Shown here: piece after piece, positions 20,512 to 30,157 of the stretch
Position numbering within the stretch: position 1 is the stretch's first letter
Layout: each line of letters begins with the position of its first letter
Source of the DNA: a virus
Lineage: Duplodnaviria > Caudoviricetes
Virus record (IMG/VR): IMGVR_UViG_3300045594_000116
Location: 32,001-96,000 of that record
Reading direction: 5' to 3' (one strand)
DNA length: 64,000 nt
Position numbers and translations under genes: made by a program
Notes under the pieces: generated by a model
What the model was told of the DNA's origin: nothing
The model's database searches: none
The model's input: only the letters and a program-made list of their open reading frames with translations

Positions 20512-21873
20512 TTATTTATTTACATATTCCACTTCTTCTTTGACAGATATCACTTCATCGATTTCACTGTCAAGCTTCTGAAGATCTTTCTCCATATCTT
20601 TATATCTAGGACGTTCTTCATCCTCGATAAGAGACTTCATGGAATTCATAGAGAATAAGGCTGTAGTTTCAGTATGCTGGGCAAGAAGCTGCTCAAGTTC
20701 TCTAGTCATGACCTGTACTTCTGGCTGTGCTGCTTTATTATCCCGCTCTTTGATAAAGTGGATAAGATCTGCAAAGGTGAATGTCATAAGAACCTTAGTA
20801 GCTACGTTAAACGGAAGATATGCACGAGCATCCTGCTTAAGCATCCCCTGTTGAACAAGCTGTCCGTATACCATTGCTAATTCGTTACCAAGCTCTTCTC
20901 CAGTCTTAGAAACTTCTTTGTCGAAAAGCGTGATAAGATAATGCTTCTTAAGATCATAATCTCCAAATGGTAATGGAGAAATGAACTGAGATTTAGAATA
21001 ATCTACATATCTCTGACTCTCCTGAGAGATACCAGCAAAATGCCTGGTAATCTGTTGGGAAGTGGATCTCGAGAAGTCATGGAAGAAAATCGTACATGCT
21101 GTTACACGAAGGACATCGGTCATATCAAATCCGAATCCTTTTACAAAATCGAATATGGTATATGGATTATCTGAATGGATAATATCCACATACTTACCTT
21201 TTGTCTGAGGCTGCATATACACTCCTGTATCTACAGCTACCTCTTCGTCATAAGCATCCCCGTTTTCATCGAACTTATGCTCATACTGCCCTTTAATTCC
21301 AGATAATGGAGCAAATCCAAACTTATCTGCTACCATGATTCCATCATCAATAAAGTCCTCAAAGAATTCTCTTTCAGCAGCACCGTACAGAGAATTTATG
21401 ATCTTGATACAGAATGGGTTAGACAGATCTCTCACATGGCGAATGAAATACTTATAAGCTCTAATAGAGCCACCGATCAAAAGATAGTTTCTTCCGTCAT
21501 GAATACGATCTGAAATGTTCAGGAATTTGAATGCATCTGAGCACTGAGCAAAATCAGAAAGATATGTATTATCATATGAAATCATCATGACAATATTACT
21601 CTGAGCAATAGTAGATTCATGCCCTCTGCCTACTACCCTCTTGATATGCTCAAGGCGTTTTTCATAATTTTCATCAGCATGTTTACCAATACATACTCGT
21701 GCGGCTTCAGCACAAGTATATGAAGCATTAGAGAAAGAAATGAGCTGTGAGGCCATAAAACGGTTAGTGCCTACCTCTTTATCCTCCTCCTCGAGTAAAC
21801 GCGCTTCTTTGTCAAACTTGCCTTCTGGTTGGTGCCTGAATAAGCCTTTCAGCCACGTAAAAATCTTAACCAT
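20512..21873 (-). CDS. thyX: FAD-dependent thymidylate synthase ThyX (long, two-domain form)
   Basis: GHES motif, RHFAGISQESQRY signature and DARAYLP. Confidence 0.88.
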   Translation of the reverse strand: MVKIFTWLKGLFRHQPEGKFDKEARLLEEEDKEVGTNRFMASQLISFSNASYTCAEAARVCIGKHADENYEKRLEHIKRVVGRGHESTIAQSNIVMMISYDNTYLSDFAQCSDAFKFLNISDRIHDGRNYLLIGGSIRAYKYFIRHVRDLSNPFCIKIINSLYGAAEREFFEDFIDDGIMVADKFGFAPLSGIKGQYEHKFDENGDAYDEEVAVDTGVYMQPQTKGKYVDIIHSDNPYTIFDFVKGFGFDMTDVLRVTACTIFFHDFSRSTSQQITRHFAGISQESQRYVDYSKSQFISPLPFGDYDLKKHYLITLFDKEVSKTGEELGNELAMVYGQLVQQGMLKQDARAYLPFNVATKVLMTFTFADLIHFIKERDNKAAQPEVQVMTRELEQLLAQHTETTALFSMNSMKSLIEDEERPRYKDMEKDLQKLDSEIDEVISVKEEVEYVNK

Positions 21874-21891
21874 CTATCCTATCGTCTCCTT

Positions 21892-22446
21892 TTAGTTTCG
21901 TAGTTTACCAAGCTTAAGGCTAACTACCTTGCTTGGAAATAGGAATTCAACTTCTTGCGTAGTAATTTTAAAATTCCTTACAAGAAATTCATAATCCAAA
22001 TCCTTACACTGAAGATTAGAATCTTTATTGAGCATGAAGCTTAAATGCTTCAAGGCTCTTTTACCTTTCTTAGAAAGCTTTACACACCCATCTGCAAGAT
22101 CAAAATACTTAGGGTGGAGATCCATAGACTGAACCCAATTGGCAAAGAAACTTTTCTGCAATTTAGAAACAGTAATACCTTTATTATTATCATTCCAAAA
22201 TTTCAAATGCATGTAGGAGATGCTCAATCTTCTGTAGTACCAAAAGAGTTCTTCTCCTCTTTTAGTAAGCTCTCCATGGCTTATCAACCCAGTTCTCCAT
22301 AAACGTTCAAACTTCTGATCTACCATCTTTACTGGAAAGATAGTATGAAGAATTGTCATAGATTCTTGAGCGCCTCTGTGCGATATAAGGTTCAGCAAAC
22401 CAACCCAGTTGATGTCTTTTGCCTGTAATCGAAAGTTACTGCTCAT
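21892..22446 (-). CDS. Hypothetical basic protein, possibly winged-helix-like
   Basis: Coupled ORF with LTKRGEE and LSKKGKR segments. Confidence 0.65.
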   Translation of the reverse strand: MSSNFRLQAKDINWVGLLNLISHRGAQESMTILHTIFPVKMVDQKFERLWRTGLISHGELTKRGEELFWYYRRLSISYMHLKFWNDNNKGITVSKLQKSFFANWVQSMDLHPKYFDLADGCVKLSKKGKRALKHLSFMLNKDSNLQCKDLDYEFLVRNFKITTQEVEFLFPSKVVSLKLGKLRN

Positions 22447-22952
22447 CTTCTGTATTCTCCTCCACCTACATCTGCCCAGTGATGATCATGCGGATTCTCT
22501 CTGTAATAGTAGTTAGCACGTTCTCTTTTAGTTTCTGAATTCAGAAACTTAGTATTGCCATAACTATCGATATCAACTACTGTCAATCCAGCAGCGATAC
22601 AACGATCAACAAGTTCACCAGCAATATCAGAAACATTGTTATCTCTGAATACAATAACCTTATATGGTTCTGTATGGATAAGATCTCCGATAGCTCTAGA
22701 GATGAATCTCTTATCAGTATCAGGTTTGAATCTGATATTACGGAGATTAGCTAATGGAACTTTATATTCCTTAGCATAATTGAATACATGCCAGTCTAAT
22801 CTCTCTACAATTCCAAAGATAAACTGTCTGTTAGAATTATCTCTAACAGTCTCGAATATCTTATCCATTGCAAGCTGTAATCCTGACGACGTATTGAATG
22901 AAGGATCTGAAATGATAATGATAGGATGGACAAATCTTGTCTTATCTTCCAT
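22443..22952 (-). CDS. Hypothetical protein, possibly SLOG/DUF2493-like fold
   Basis: Alpha/beta pattern IIISD...VIVF...AAGLTV, within a nucleotide-metabolism operon. Confidence 0.5.
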   Translation of the reverse strand: MEDKTRFVHPIIIISDPSFNTSSGLQLAMDKIFETVRDNSNRQFIFGIVERLDWHVFNYAKEYKVPLANLRNIRFKPDTDKRFISRAIGDLIHTEPYKVIVFRDNNVSDIAGELVDRCIAAGLTVVDIDSYGNTKFLNSETKRERANYYYRENPHDHHWADVGGGEYRR

Positions 22953-22954
22953 TG

Positions 22955-23707
22955 TTATTTCCTCCCTTTTCTAAACTCTTCATAAGCATCAATAACTTCT
23001 TTAGCTACATCTGCTCTTTCTTTTACATCATACCCATTCTCGACTGCAGCTGTATTAAATGATACAGTGATATTCACTTGCTTTACTTCTTTAGCCGGAT
23101 AGCAGAGGTGTGCGAAATCAAAGGCGTCAAATTCCTCTTTTACGTACATCAGATACTTTAGATCAGATTCGTGAATATCATTCTGAGAATGCTTAGCAGT
23201 AACTTTGTCTTTAATGGCATTACTAGAGCTAATCATCTTGTATACCAGATCAGGCGTTGGAAGTTCAAATGCATAAGCAAGTTTGCTTATTTCATTAGGC
23301 AATTCAGAATGAATGATACCATTCGCATAGAACGGAGAATCTTCATCGTCAGATGCATTTTCTTTCATCCATCCAAGACGATAATAGAGATTGGAAAACC
23401 AATATCTATCCATGATGAGAATTCCACCATTGTCTAAATGCCTCTGCCCGATCTTTTTCATATAGTCGAACATATCAACCATATAAAGACTGCTGATAGC
23501 ATTACTGGTAAGATCTTCCTGAACACCATATCTACCAGAAAGATACTCAGTTACAAAATATGATGCCTTACTCTGATAACGTGGGAATGATACAAGTTTT
23601 ACATCATGCCCATATTTCTGCTCGATGTGATTTAATAAAACTTTACTGTTCGTTTCTTTAAAGGAGCAATCAAGCCCCTCAAATACGATAAGTTGTCCTT
23701 TACGCAT
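22955..23707 (-). CDS. tmk: Thymidylate / deoxynucleoside monophosphate kinase
   Basis: LIVFEGLDCSFKET (variant P-loop), SFPRY, DRY..S..Y, PDL and IHE. The GGAGG RBS supports the start at 23707. Confidence 0.8.
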   Translation of the reverse strand: MRKGQLIVFEGLDCSFKETNSKVLLNHIEQKYGHDVKLVSFPRYQSKASYFVTEYLSGRYGVQEDLTSNAISSLYMVDMFDYMKKIGQRHLDNGGILIMDRYWFSNLYYRLGWMKENASDDEDSPFYANGIIHSELPNEISKLAYAFELPTPDLVYKMISSSNAIKDKVTAKHSQNDIHESDLKYLMYVKEEFDAFDFAHLCYPAKEVKQVNITVSFNTAAVENGYDVKERADVAKEVIDAYEEFRKGRK

Positions 23708-23767
23708 ATTCTTATTACCTCCTATTGGTTTACTTAATTGTAACGCGTATAATAATTTTGCACAGAT

Positions 23768-23795
23768 AACCCCTATCCAATTAAGGATAGGGGTT
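23768..23795. terminator. Terminator-like hairpin ending the putative ncRNA
   Basis: aacccctatcc-aattaa-ggataggggtt. Confidence 0.65.
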
Positions 23796-23799
23796 AAAC

Positions 23800-24364
23800 T
23801 GTGTAAGATAGCATAATTCATTTAGGGTGGGATGTTTGCACCGTCTCGAACTCAATCGATTATAAGCGGTACTTCTAAAAAGTTATCTACGTTTGCTAAC
23901 GCTAGTCATCATGAATTTCAAATATTTGATCTGGTATGTGCATTATCGGGATCAATCGAAATCCGGAAAGTCAGGTGATTCACAAGAGATAACTAGAGCT
24001 ATGATAATAGCTCTATAAAAAATAAATCAGCGTGCGCTGATTGAAAGACATAAAGAAGCCGGCCGGCGCCAATATGGCCGGCCTCTTATATAATCCGAGT
24101 TTTAGATTCGAAGATCTCGGAACTTCATTTAGCCGCACACAGCAGCCTTTTGTCGGCAAGTACGCCGACTGATCGGCTACGATCACTCGTAGCCCGTACA
24201 TAATACCACCCGAATCATCACGAGTGGGATTTTGAATCATACAGCGCCGATTTCCCGCTATCAATGCCTAGTACCTTAGGGTGGCTTCATGGACGGATCA
24301 ATTTCCAAAGCACACAAACCGTATGATAACTATTGGCTATGCGGATGCGGATCTTTGTATGATT
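23800..24364 (-). ncRNA. Candidate large structured noncoding RNA (about 350-600 nt), family unassigned
   Basis: GC-enriched gap with no credible ORF and many hairpins. A GUGA (GNRA) loop and G-U pairs favour the minus strand. Late promoter ACA-TAGATG-TAA at 24363-24374. Confidence 0.65.
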
Positions 24365-24402
24365 ACATCTATGTTTGATACAAATTATTTTTTACAAAAG
24401 TT

Positions 24403-24431
24403 ATCCCTCTACCAGCCGAAGGTAGAGGGAT
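24403..24431. terminator. Palindrome-family terminator
   Basis: atccctctacc-agccgaa-ggtagagggat. Confidence 0.7.
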
Positions 24432-24546
24432 GTTGTGAAGGAATACTTGCAAAGACTGAACTTTCATATCATATTTCCGAAACAGTAATAGACAAGAATT
24501 GAGCCGATTCTTTTCTATTACATATATGTCAGTATCATATATATTT

Positions 24547-25356
24547 TTACAAATCCGACATCGTGGTTGTTTCGCATTCTCCGATAAAGATATCATTAGT
24601 TCCATCATCGTTAGGCTGACGTTCTATGGTTGATTTATCAGAGAACTGAATCTCATATCTATAATCGTCAATATCATACATGAATATCTCAGTTGCTGGA
24701 GCTACGAATGGTTTAGTACCATCGTCTTTCGGCAGAATAACTTTGCTCAATAACTCCAAGAAGTCTTCTATATCTTTTGGAGTATTCAGCATATTGTCAC
24801 GGAACCGTACAGCGATAATATCTTCTCTGTTTAAATCACCATGCTTCATGATAGCAGATACTGCATCAAGATCTGTACGAATTACAACAGAGTCATTCGT
24901 TTCTACTCGACTCTCTTTAATGAAGTCTTCCATATCTTTAGATATAGAACCATCGATATTCTCGAGATAGCATCCCTGATGCCATTGAATGAATGCAGAT
25001 GCAATCTTCATTCTAGGCCCAATTCCATATTTCTTGATATCTGTAGTGGTTACTTCTTTAACAGCTTTCTTGTAGATCAATCCTGTACAAGAATCATCCG
25101 GTTCTCTGCTTAATACTTCTCCATTTGGTATGATGGTATAGATATTACAAGCCGGTATCGAATTGTCGTTGTCCATATCTTCCAGTATATGAGATGTAAT
25201 AAGAACGTATGTCGGAATGATCTGATCTTCCAATGAATCTTTATGGCATTCTATTGCATACAACAGCTCTGCAAGATTCTTAGAGATAGTCCTTCCCGAT
25301 AAAGGGCACTTGTCGTTAGTCTGCCCAGATGTATATACGTATATATTGATTACCAT
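24547..25356 (-). CDS. Hypothetical protein
   Basis: 269-aa ORF with a GGGGG RBS-like element. Confidence 0.75.
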   Translation of the reverse strand: MVINIYVYTSGQTNDKCPLSGRTISKNLAELLYAIECHKDSLEDQIIPTYVLITSHILEDMDNDNSIPACNIYTIIPNGEVLSREPDDSCTGLIYKKAVKEVTTTDIKKYGIGPRMKIASAFIQWHQGCYLENIDGSISKDMEDFIKESRVETNDSVVIRTDLDAVSAIMKHGDLNREDIIAVRFRDNMLNTPKDIEDFLELLSKVILPKDDGTKPFVAPATEIFMYDIDDYRYEIQFSDKSTIERQPNDDGTNDIFIGECETTTMSDL

Positions 25357-25381
25357 TTTCTATTCCCCCGTTTAATTATAT

Positions 25382-25927
25382 TTATCCCCAAATCTTCTTG
25401 GTTACTTTGTCTACTAGTCTATACGTATCTGGATGAAAGATATGCGTATAGTATTGCTGGTTCTTTTCGAACCATGCTCTAGGAGATCCAAATGCAGCCC
25501 AGTCGCACAGCATCTCTGCGATATCAAGTTTAGGCATTGCTAAGTAAGTAATCTTAGCGTATGCTTCTGTCTTACCATCTACTTCATGAGTGCTATCGTC
25601 TATCAACGTCCAGTATTCTGGATGGTGGCTATTGGTATTCTGGTGATGTAACCATGCTCTTGCATAAAGAGCATCAGCCTCGTCTTTATCCTCACCTGGT
25701 TTAGGATCGAAATGCTTACGGTATCCAATGAACTCCTCTTCGCTGTACTTGCTCTTGTCATGAGCAATTACTCTGTGAAACAGATCATCGTTAAGATCTG
25801 GTGCACCGAGTTCTTTAAGAATCTGAGTACCGTACTTCTTGAATGCTTGAGATACCTTCTGGATATGTGAGTCTGTATAATCAAGCATCTTTTTATCTTT
25901 GGATTCGAATTTAATCTTTTCAGCCAT
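25382..25927 (-). CDS. DUF5662-like HD-type metal-binding protein
   Basis: H...HDKSK...AWLHH..N.HHPEYW...EMLCDW; late promoter at 25959-25970. Confidence 0.75.
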   Translation of the reverse strand: MAEKIKFESKDKKMLDYTDSHIQKVSQAFKKYGTQILKELGAPDLNDDLFHRVIAHDKSKYSEEEFIGYRKHFDPKPGEDKDEADALYARAWLHHQNTNSHHPEYWTLIDDSTHEVDGKTEAYAKITYLAMPKLDIAEMLCDWAAFGSPRAWFEKNQQYYTHIFHPDTYRLVDKVTKKIWG

Positions 25928-26231
25928 TGTGCTTATCCTCCTATAGAATTACTTTAGTTTACTTAGGTGTCATCTGTTAAGTAACAAATAGATTTCTATA
26001 TAGGATATGAAGAGAGCTAGCGTACCTAGTGAGAATCCTATAGGAGATATGGTATTTATGCGTGACACGTACCTCGATCGTCAATGTATTATGAATAGAC
26101 TTACTTTGACTACATATACAGGTATAAGTAAGATATGTATCTAGTTATTTGAAATATATTAGATAGGTAGATTATATATCAAATTAACAAAAAATATAAA
26201 ATTATTATGTAAAAAAATATATTATGATAAC

Positions 26232-26278
26232 TATATAATAGGGGGCTGCGAATAAGTAATAAAGCAGCCCCCTAATAT
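26232..26278. other. Isolated GC-rich inverted repeat in a very AT-rich noncoding region
   Basis: tagggggctgc-N14-gcagcccccta. Confidence 0.7.
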
Positions 26279-26460
26279 AAAGATATGATAAAATACTTAT
26301 TTTAGATAACAATATTTTTATATATCTTTTATTAACCTGAAATACAATTTAGTTATCCAACATACTTCCAATATCTAAATAGGTATGTTAGTTTTACTTG
26401 CATACGCAGTTAAGTAAATCCATTGATAAAACATTAACGAAATAGCAATTCATCATCTTA

Positions 26461-27320
26461 AAATACATGATAACTCCTAAGTGAGTTATCATGATTACTT
26501 GTGTCAAATATCCTAAATCTCTTATATCAAACTTTAAGTCTATAAAGAAAGTAGACTAGATACAAGAGAAAATAGTAATTCTAAATGTAAAAAATTAAAA
26601 CTTACACGACAGATAGATAGGGGGAGCATATACAACCAGCAGCAAACAACCCGCACTCTGTTTCTATTTCCAGGATAAAGAAGCGTAAATACATGATAAC
26701 TCAGTAGGAGTTATCATATCTCTTGTGTCAAATATCCTAAATCTCTTATATCAAACTTTAAGTCTATAAGAGTAAGTAATCTGGAATAGTAAGAGAAAAT
26801 ATAAAAAATTAAAAGTTACAGTACAAATAGATATTGGGGAGATGGATAGACACCAGGTAGCAACAACAGCCGCAGCCAATTATCCAACCTAGGAGAGGGT
26901 ATCGAGATATAGGAGAAGAAATGATAAGATATGATGATAACTCATAGTGAGTTATCATCTATCATATTTCTCTTATATCAAACTTTAAGTCTATAAAGAA
27001 AGTAGACTAGATACAAGAGAGAAATACCAATCCTAAATGTAAAAAATTAAAACTTACACGACAGATAGATAGGGGGAAGCATATAGAGCCAGCAGCAAAC
27101 AACCCGCACTCCGTTTTCAATCCAGGATAAAGAAGAACCAAATACACGATAACTCCTAAGTGAGTTATCGTATCTCTTTTGTCCTAAATCTCTTATATCA
27201 AACTTTAAGTCTATAAGAAGTAAGATATCCTGATATAAGAAAAAATGTAAAAAATTAAAACTTACACGACAGATAGATATGGGGGAGGCATATACAACCA
27301 GCAGCAAACAACCCGTGTCC
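26461..27320. repeat. Four imperfect tandem repeats of about 210-245 bp; candidate replication origin or structured RNA array
   Basis: Units start near 26461, 26687, 26931 and 27140. Each has GATAACTC-N5/6-GAGTTATC, TCTCTTATATCAAACTTTAAGTCTATAA, AAAAAATTAAAA(C/G)TTACA, a G-run and CCAG(C/GT)AGCAA. Confidence 0.92.
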
Positions 27321-27355
27321 AAATATTTTTTTTTGTAAAGAAGGATGATATCCAG

Positions 27356-27700
27356 ATGTCAGATAATAAGATATATGAACCAAATAAAGAATATCCATTA
27401 GATTTAACTGTATCTTGGGATGAATTAAGAGAATTATATTTTAAGGATGAATACCAGATAGATACAATTAGAGATGCTATGCTTCAGCATCTCTATAAAC
27501 CTATCATGTATCGTAATAGAAAGATCGGAGAGATCAAAAGCGTATCAGAGGAAGATGGACAATTCGCATTGAAGTCTATTATAGATATCCCATCATATGT
27601 ATTCATGAATATGAGTGGCAAGATCAACTTCAGACTTGTTAGGGATATCGATACAGATAAATTATCTATTACAGCTTATAGCAAAAAGGAGACATGGTAA
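27356..27700 (+). CDS. Hypothetical protein, tandem paralog of the next gene
   Basis: EYPLDL...INFRLVRD compared with NYPIEI...IDYKLVRE. Confidence 0.75.
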   Translation: MSDNKIYEPNKEYPLDLTVSWDELRELYFKDEYQIDTIRDAMLQHLYKPIMYRNRKIGEIKSVSEEDGQFALKSIIDIPSYVFMNMSGKINFRLVRDIDTDKLSITAYSKKETW

Positions 27701-28050
27701 TGGAAGAAGAAAGAATCCCATCAGGCGTAGAGAATTATCCTATAGAGATTAAGTTGTATTACAAAAAGCTATATGGAATGGAAGACTTGAATCTAAAGGA
27801 CAAAGTAGACGTAATAGATAGCGTATACAATATGGACAAGATTATCAGATTTGAAGATGGTACTCAATTCGCAAAAGTAGAGAAGACATTCAAAGATGAT
27901 AACTATATCCTGGTGAAGACTAGATTCTATATACCATCCGGTTTCTATGGAGCAATAGACTACAAACTAGTTAGAGAGGAAGATGGACGATTAGCTATAC
28001 GTCTATCCAAAACCAAAGATCATAAAGAAGGGTTTCTATTTGCCTATTAA
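27694..28050 (+). CDS. Hypothetical protein, tandem paralog of the previous gene
   Basis: AAGGAG RBS; coupled to the previous gene. Confidence 0.75.
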   Translation: MVMEEERIPSGVENYPIEIKLYYKKLYGMEDLNLKDKVDVIDSVYNMDKIIRFEDGTQFAKVEKTFKDDNYILVKTRFYIPSGFYGAIDYKLVREEDGRLAIRLSKTKDHKEGFLFAY

Positions 28051-28111
28051 AAGCTAATGGCATTAGAACCTATTACTAATTTCTAACTGTATATAAAAAG
28101 GAGATAAGATA

Positions 28112-28687
28112 ATGATTACACTTACAAAAGAAAATGAACAGAATGACGTACTGAAACCTATGGAGAAATTCCTGAATATCATTCTGGAAGATCCAGCGAT
28201 GGAAACGAGCAAGTTCGCAAAGCGCGAATTCAATATGACTCTGTATATCAAGTCGATTGCTCCAGGTAAACCTGGTCAGCCATTGATTATTCTGAAGCCG
28301 ACGATTGTTACTGGTGAGAAAGAACAGATTGGAGTTCCGTTCAATCCTAACTTCATTCACAGTGTAATGCAGATCATCAGCATCTTCTATGCTGATGCAG
28401 AGAATTCTAAGACCATCAAGAAAGTATATCTTGATGATACGTACAGATTGCTTAAGAAGCATGTAAGTGATCTGACTAATATCATTGCTCAGAACGTACC
28501 AGCTGATGAGATCACCAAGGCTCTTGGCGTGACTTACGTGATGAACACTCTGTCAACTGGTAAAGTTGTAGATGAGGTTGTAAACTTCATTCTCAATACC
28601 AAAGAAGAAGAGCCAAAAGAAAAGTCCAAGATTATCCTTCCGGGTCCTAAAGTAGGACTGAGCTTCAGCGACGTTCATAAAGGATAA
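28112..28687 (+). CDS. Hypothetical protein
   Basis: 191-aa ORF with AAGGAG RBS. Confidence 0.78.
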   Translation: MITLTKENEQNDVLKPMEKFLNIILEDPAMETSKFAKREFNMTLYIKSIAPGKPGQPLIILKPTIVTGEKEQIGVPFNPNFIHSVMQIISIFYADAENSKTIKKVYLDDTYRLLKKHVSDLTNIIAQNVPADEITKALGVTYVMNTLSTGKVVDEVVNFILNTKEEEPKEKSKIILPGPKVGLSFSDVHKG

Positions 28688-28768
28688 CATTTGTTAAAGT
28701 CATAAATTTCAAGTATATATAATATCAGTGAAAGAGAATAAAGTATATTTGAAAGGATATGATTTTAA

Positions 28769-28963
28769 ATGTTAAAAGGTAAAAAGTTCAGAAGCGGATC
28801 TATCGGAGAGAAATTGATGATAGGTATCTATGTTCCTTGGTATTTTATCCATGACGTAGCCTTCGAAGAAGTTCTTGAAGGATCGTGGGCAAACGTAGCA
28901 AAAATGGTAGGGGCTATGGTTGGCTTCTATCTGATCATGGTTGGCCTTGCAGTGATAGCTTAA
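28769..28963 (+). CDS. Small early membrane protein
   Basis: Early promoter at 28714-28724, hydrophobic C-terminus, terminator at 28968-28996. Confidence 0.7.
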   Translation: MLKGKKFRSGSIGEKLMIGIYVPWYFIHDVAFEEVLEGSWANVAKMVGAMVGFYLIMVGLAVIA

Positions 28964-29029
28964 AGAATATCCCACTACCTTGCTGGTAGTGGGATAAATT
29001 TTGTAAAATTGAAAAGGAGATTGATTAAG

Positions 29030-29473
29030 ATGAAAAAAGACATTGAAAATGGATTTAAAATTGCTATACCTACAGATGATAAAGAGGAGGAAATCTTAGT
29101 AGATTACAAATATACTTCTATTGACGATAGTGGCAATGTCATTGCCAACCCGGTAATGCTGCTTGCGATCCTGCAACGCATGGATGAAAAAAAGATAATT
29201 GAGGTAGAGTTGAATTTATATTACAAAGAGCTTCAAGTCGGGTATGCCGATGACTATGAAAGTATGACCCATGCTTGGATTCCAAGCAATAGAGAGATTA
29301 TACAATCATACTACGCCTTGAAAGGTTTGAAAAGAGCTTTAAAAGAAGTTGTAATCCCTAAAAATATAAACCTCACTGTACGAACTAACGAAGATGGTAT
29401 GATATTCAATACCCAAGGAAAGAGTGAGTGCGATACATTGAACATATGCAGATTGATTGGAGATTTTTGCTGA
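29030..29473 (+). CDS. Hypothetical protein
   Basis: AAGGAG RBS before the ATG at 29030; terminator near 29478-29510. Confidence 0.75.
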   Translation: MKKDIENGFKIAIPTDDKEEEILVDYKYTSIDDSGNVIANPVMLLAILQRMDEKKIIEVELNLYYKELQVGYADDYESMTHAWIPSNREIIQSYYALKGLKRALKEVVIPKNINLTVRTNEDGMIFNTQGKSECDTLNICRLIGDFC

Positions 29474-29566
29474 CATATACCCGCTACAATAGTAGCGGGT
29501 TTATTTTTTGACGGTACATTTTTTCAGTGATATATTATAATAATGAAAGAAAAGGAGGTAAGTTTA

Positions 29567-30040
29567 ATGAGTAAGTTTATAAATGCTATTGGTATGGATA
29601 TTGATACCGCAACTGCAAGTAAGATTAGTAGATCATTCTTTGGTTGTTTCAAGATGTTTGTAGTGAAAGAATCGAAGGTTGAATCTACTAATATCATGGT
29701 GTATGAAATCTCGTCGTATAATCATGATATCATCTTTAAGAAGAATAAAATCTCCGTACAGGTAGATTATACTTCTAAAGAATCATTCTGCAGATCATTA
29801 GAGAAAATTGCTGAGTTCTTATTCTCTATCTCAGAATGGAGATCTGAAATAGAAATGTTCGATGAATTATCTACTATATTGAAATGGCTCACTAGTATCT
29901 TTGAAATCAATTCCAAGAGACAACCTGTATTTCTGAAGGAAGCAAAATTCAGATTGGAAATGAAATTTATGGATCTTATGAAACCTTCAATTTCTAAAGA
30001 AATGATCAAATTATCGTGCAAAAAGCGTAAGGCAGTGTAA
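29567..30040 (+). CDS. Early hypothetical protein
   Basis: Early promoter at 29530-29539 and AAGGAGG RBS before the ATG at 29567. Confidence 0.75.
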   Translation: MSKFINAIGMDIDTATASKISRSFFGCFKMFVVKESKVESTNIMVYEISSYNHDIIFKKNKISVQVDYTSKESFCRSLEKIAEFLFSISEWRSEIEMFDELSTILKWLTSIFEINSKRQPVFLKEAKFRLEMKFMDLMKPSISKEMIKLSCKKRKAV

Positions 30041-30157
30041 GTATACCCATAACGCTTCTAAACGCACAAACTAATAAAAAGACCTATCTTAATTATATCC
30101 TAATCAATACGATTAGGATAGGTCTTTTGTCTAACTAAACAAAAAGGAGATTAAAAA

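Noticed and set aside
23708-23821. N-terminal extension of the thymidylate kinase in the ORF track
   Set aside because: It runs through a terminator-like hairpin, and a strong RBS precedes the ATG at 23707.
23800-24364. tmRNA, RNase P RNA or tRNA cluster
   Set aside because: No tRNA-like ends or CCA acceptor stem, no GAGGAAAGUCC on the predicted strand, and no cloverleaf could be built by eye.
24013-24608. ORFs 24013-24264, 24281-24502 and 24369-24608
   Set aside because: No convincing RBS. They overlap hairpins, a terminator or a longer gene, and the region is better explained as structured RNA.
26461-27320. CRISPR array
   Set aside because: The units are ~220 bp and similar along their whole length, with no short repeat/unique spacer pattern and no cas genes in the window.
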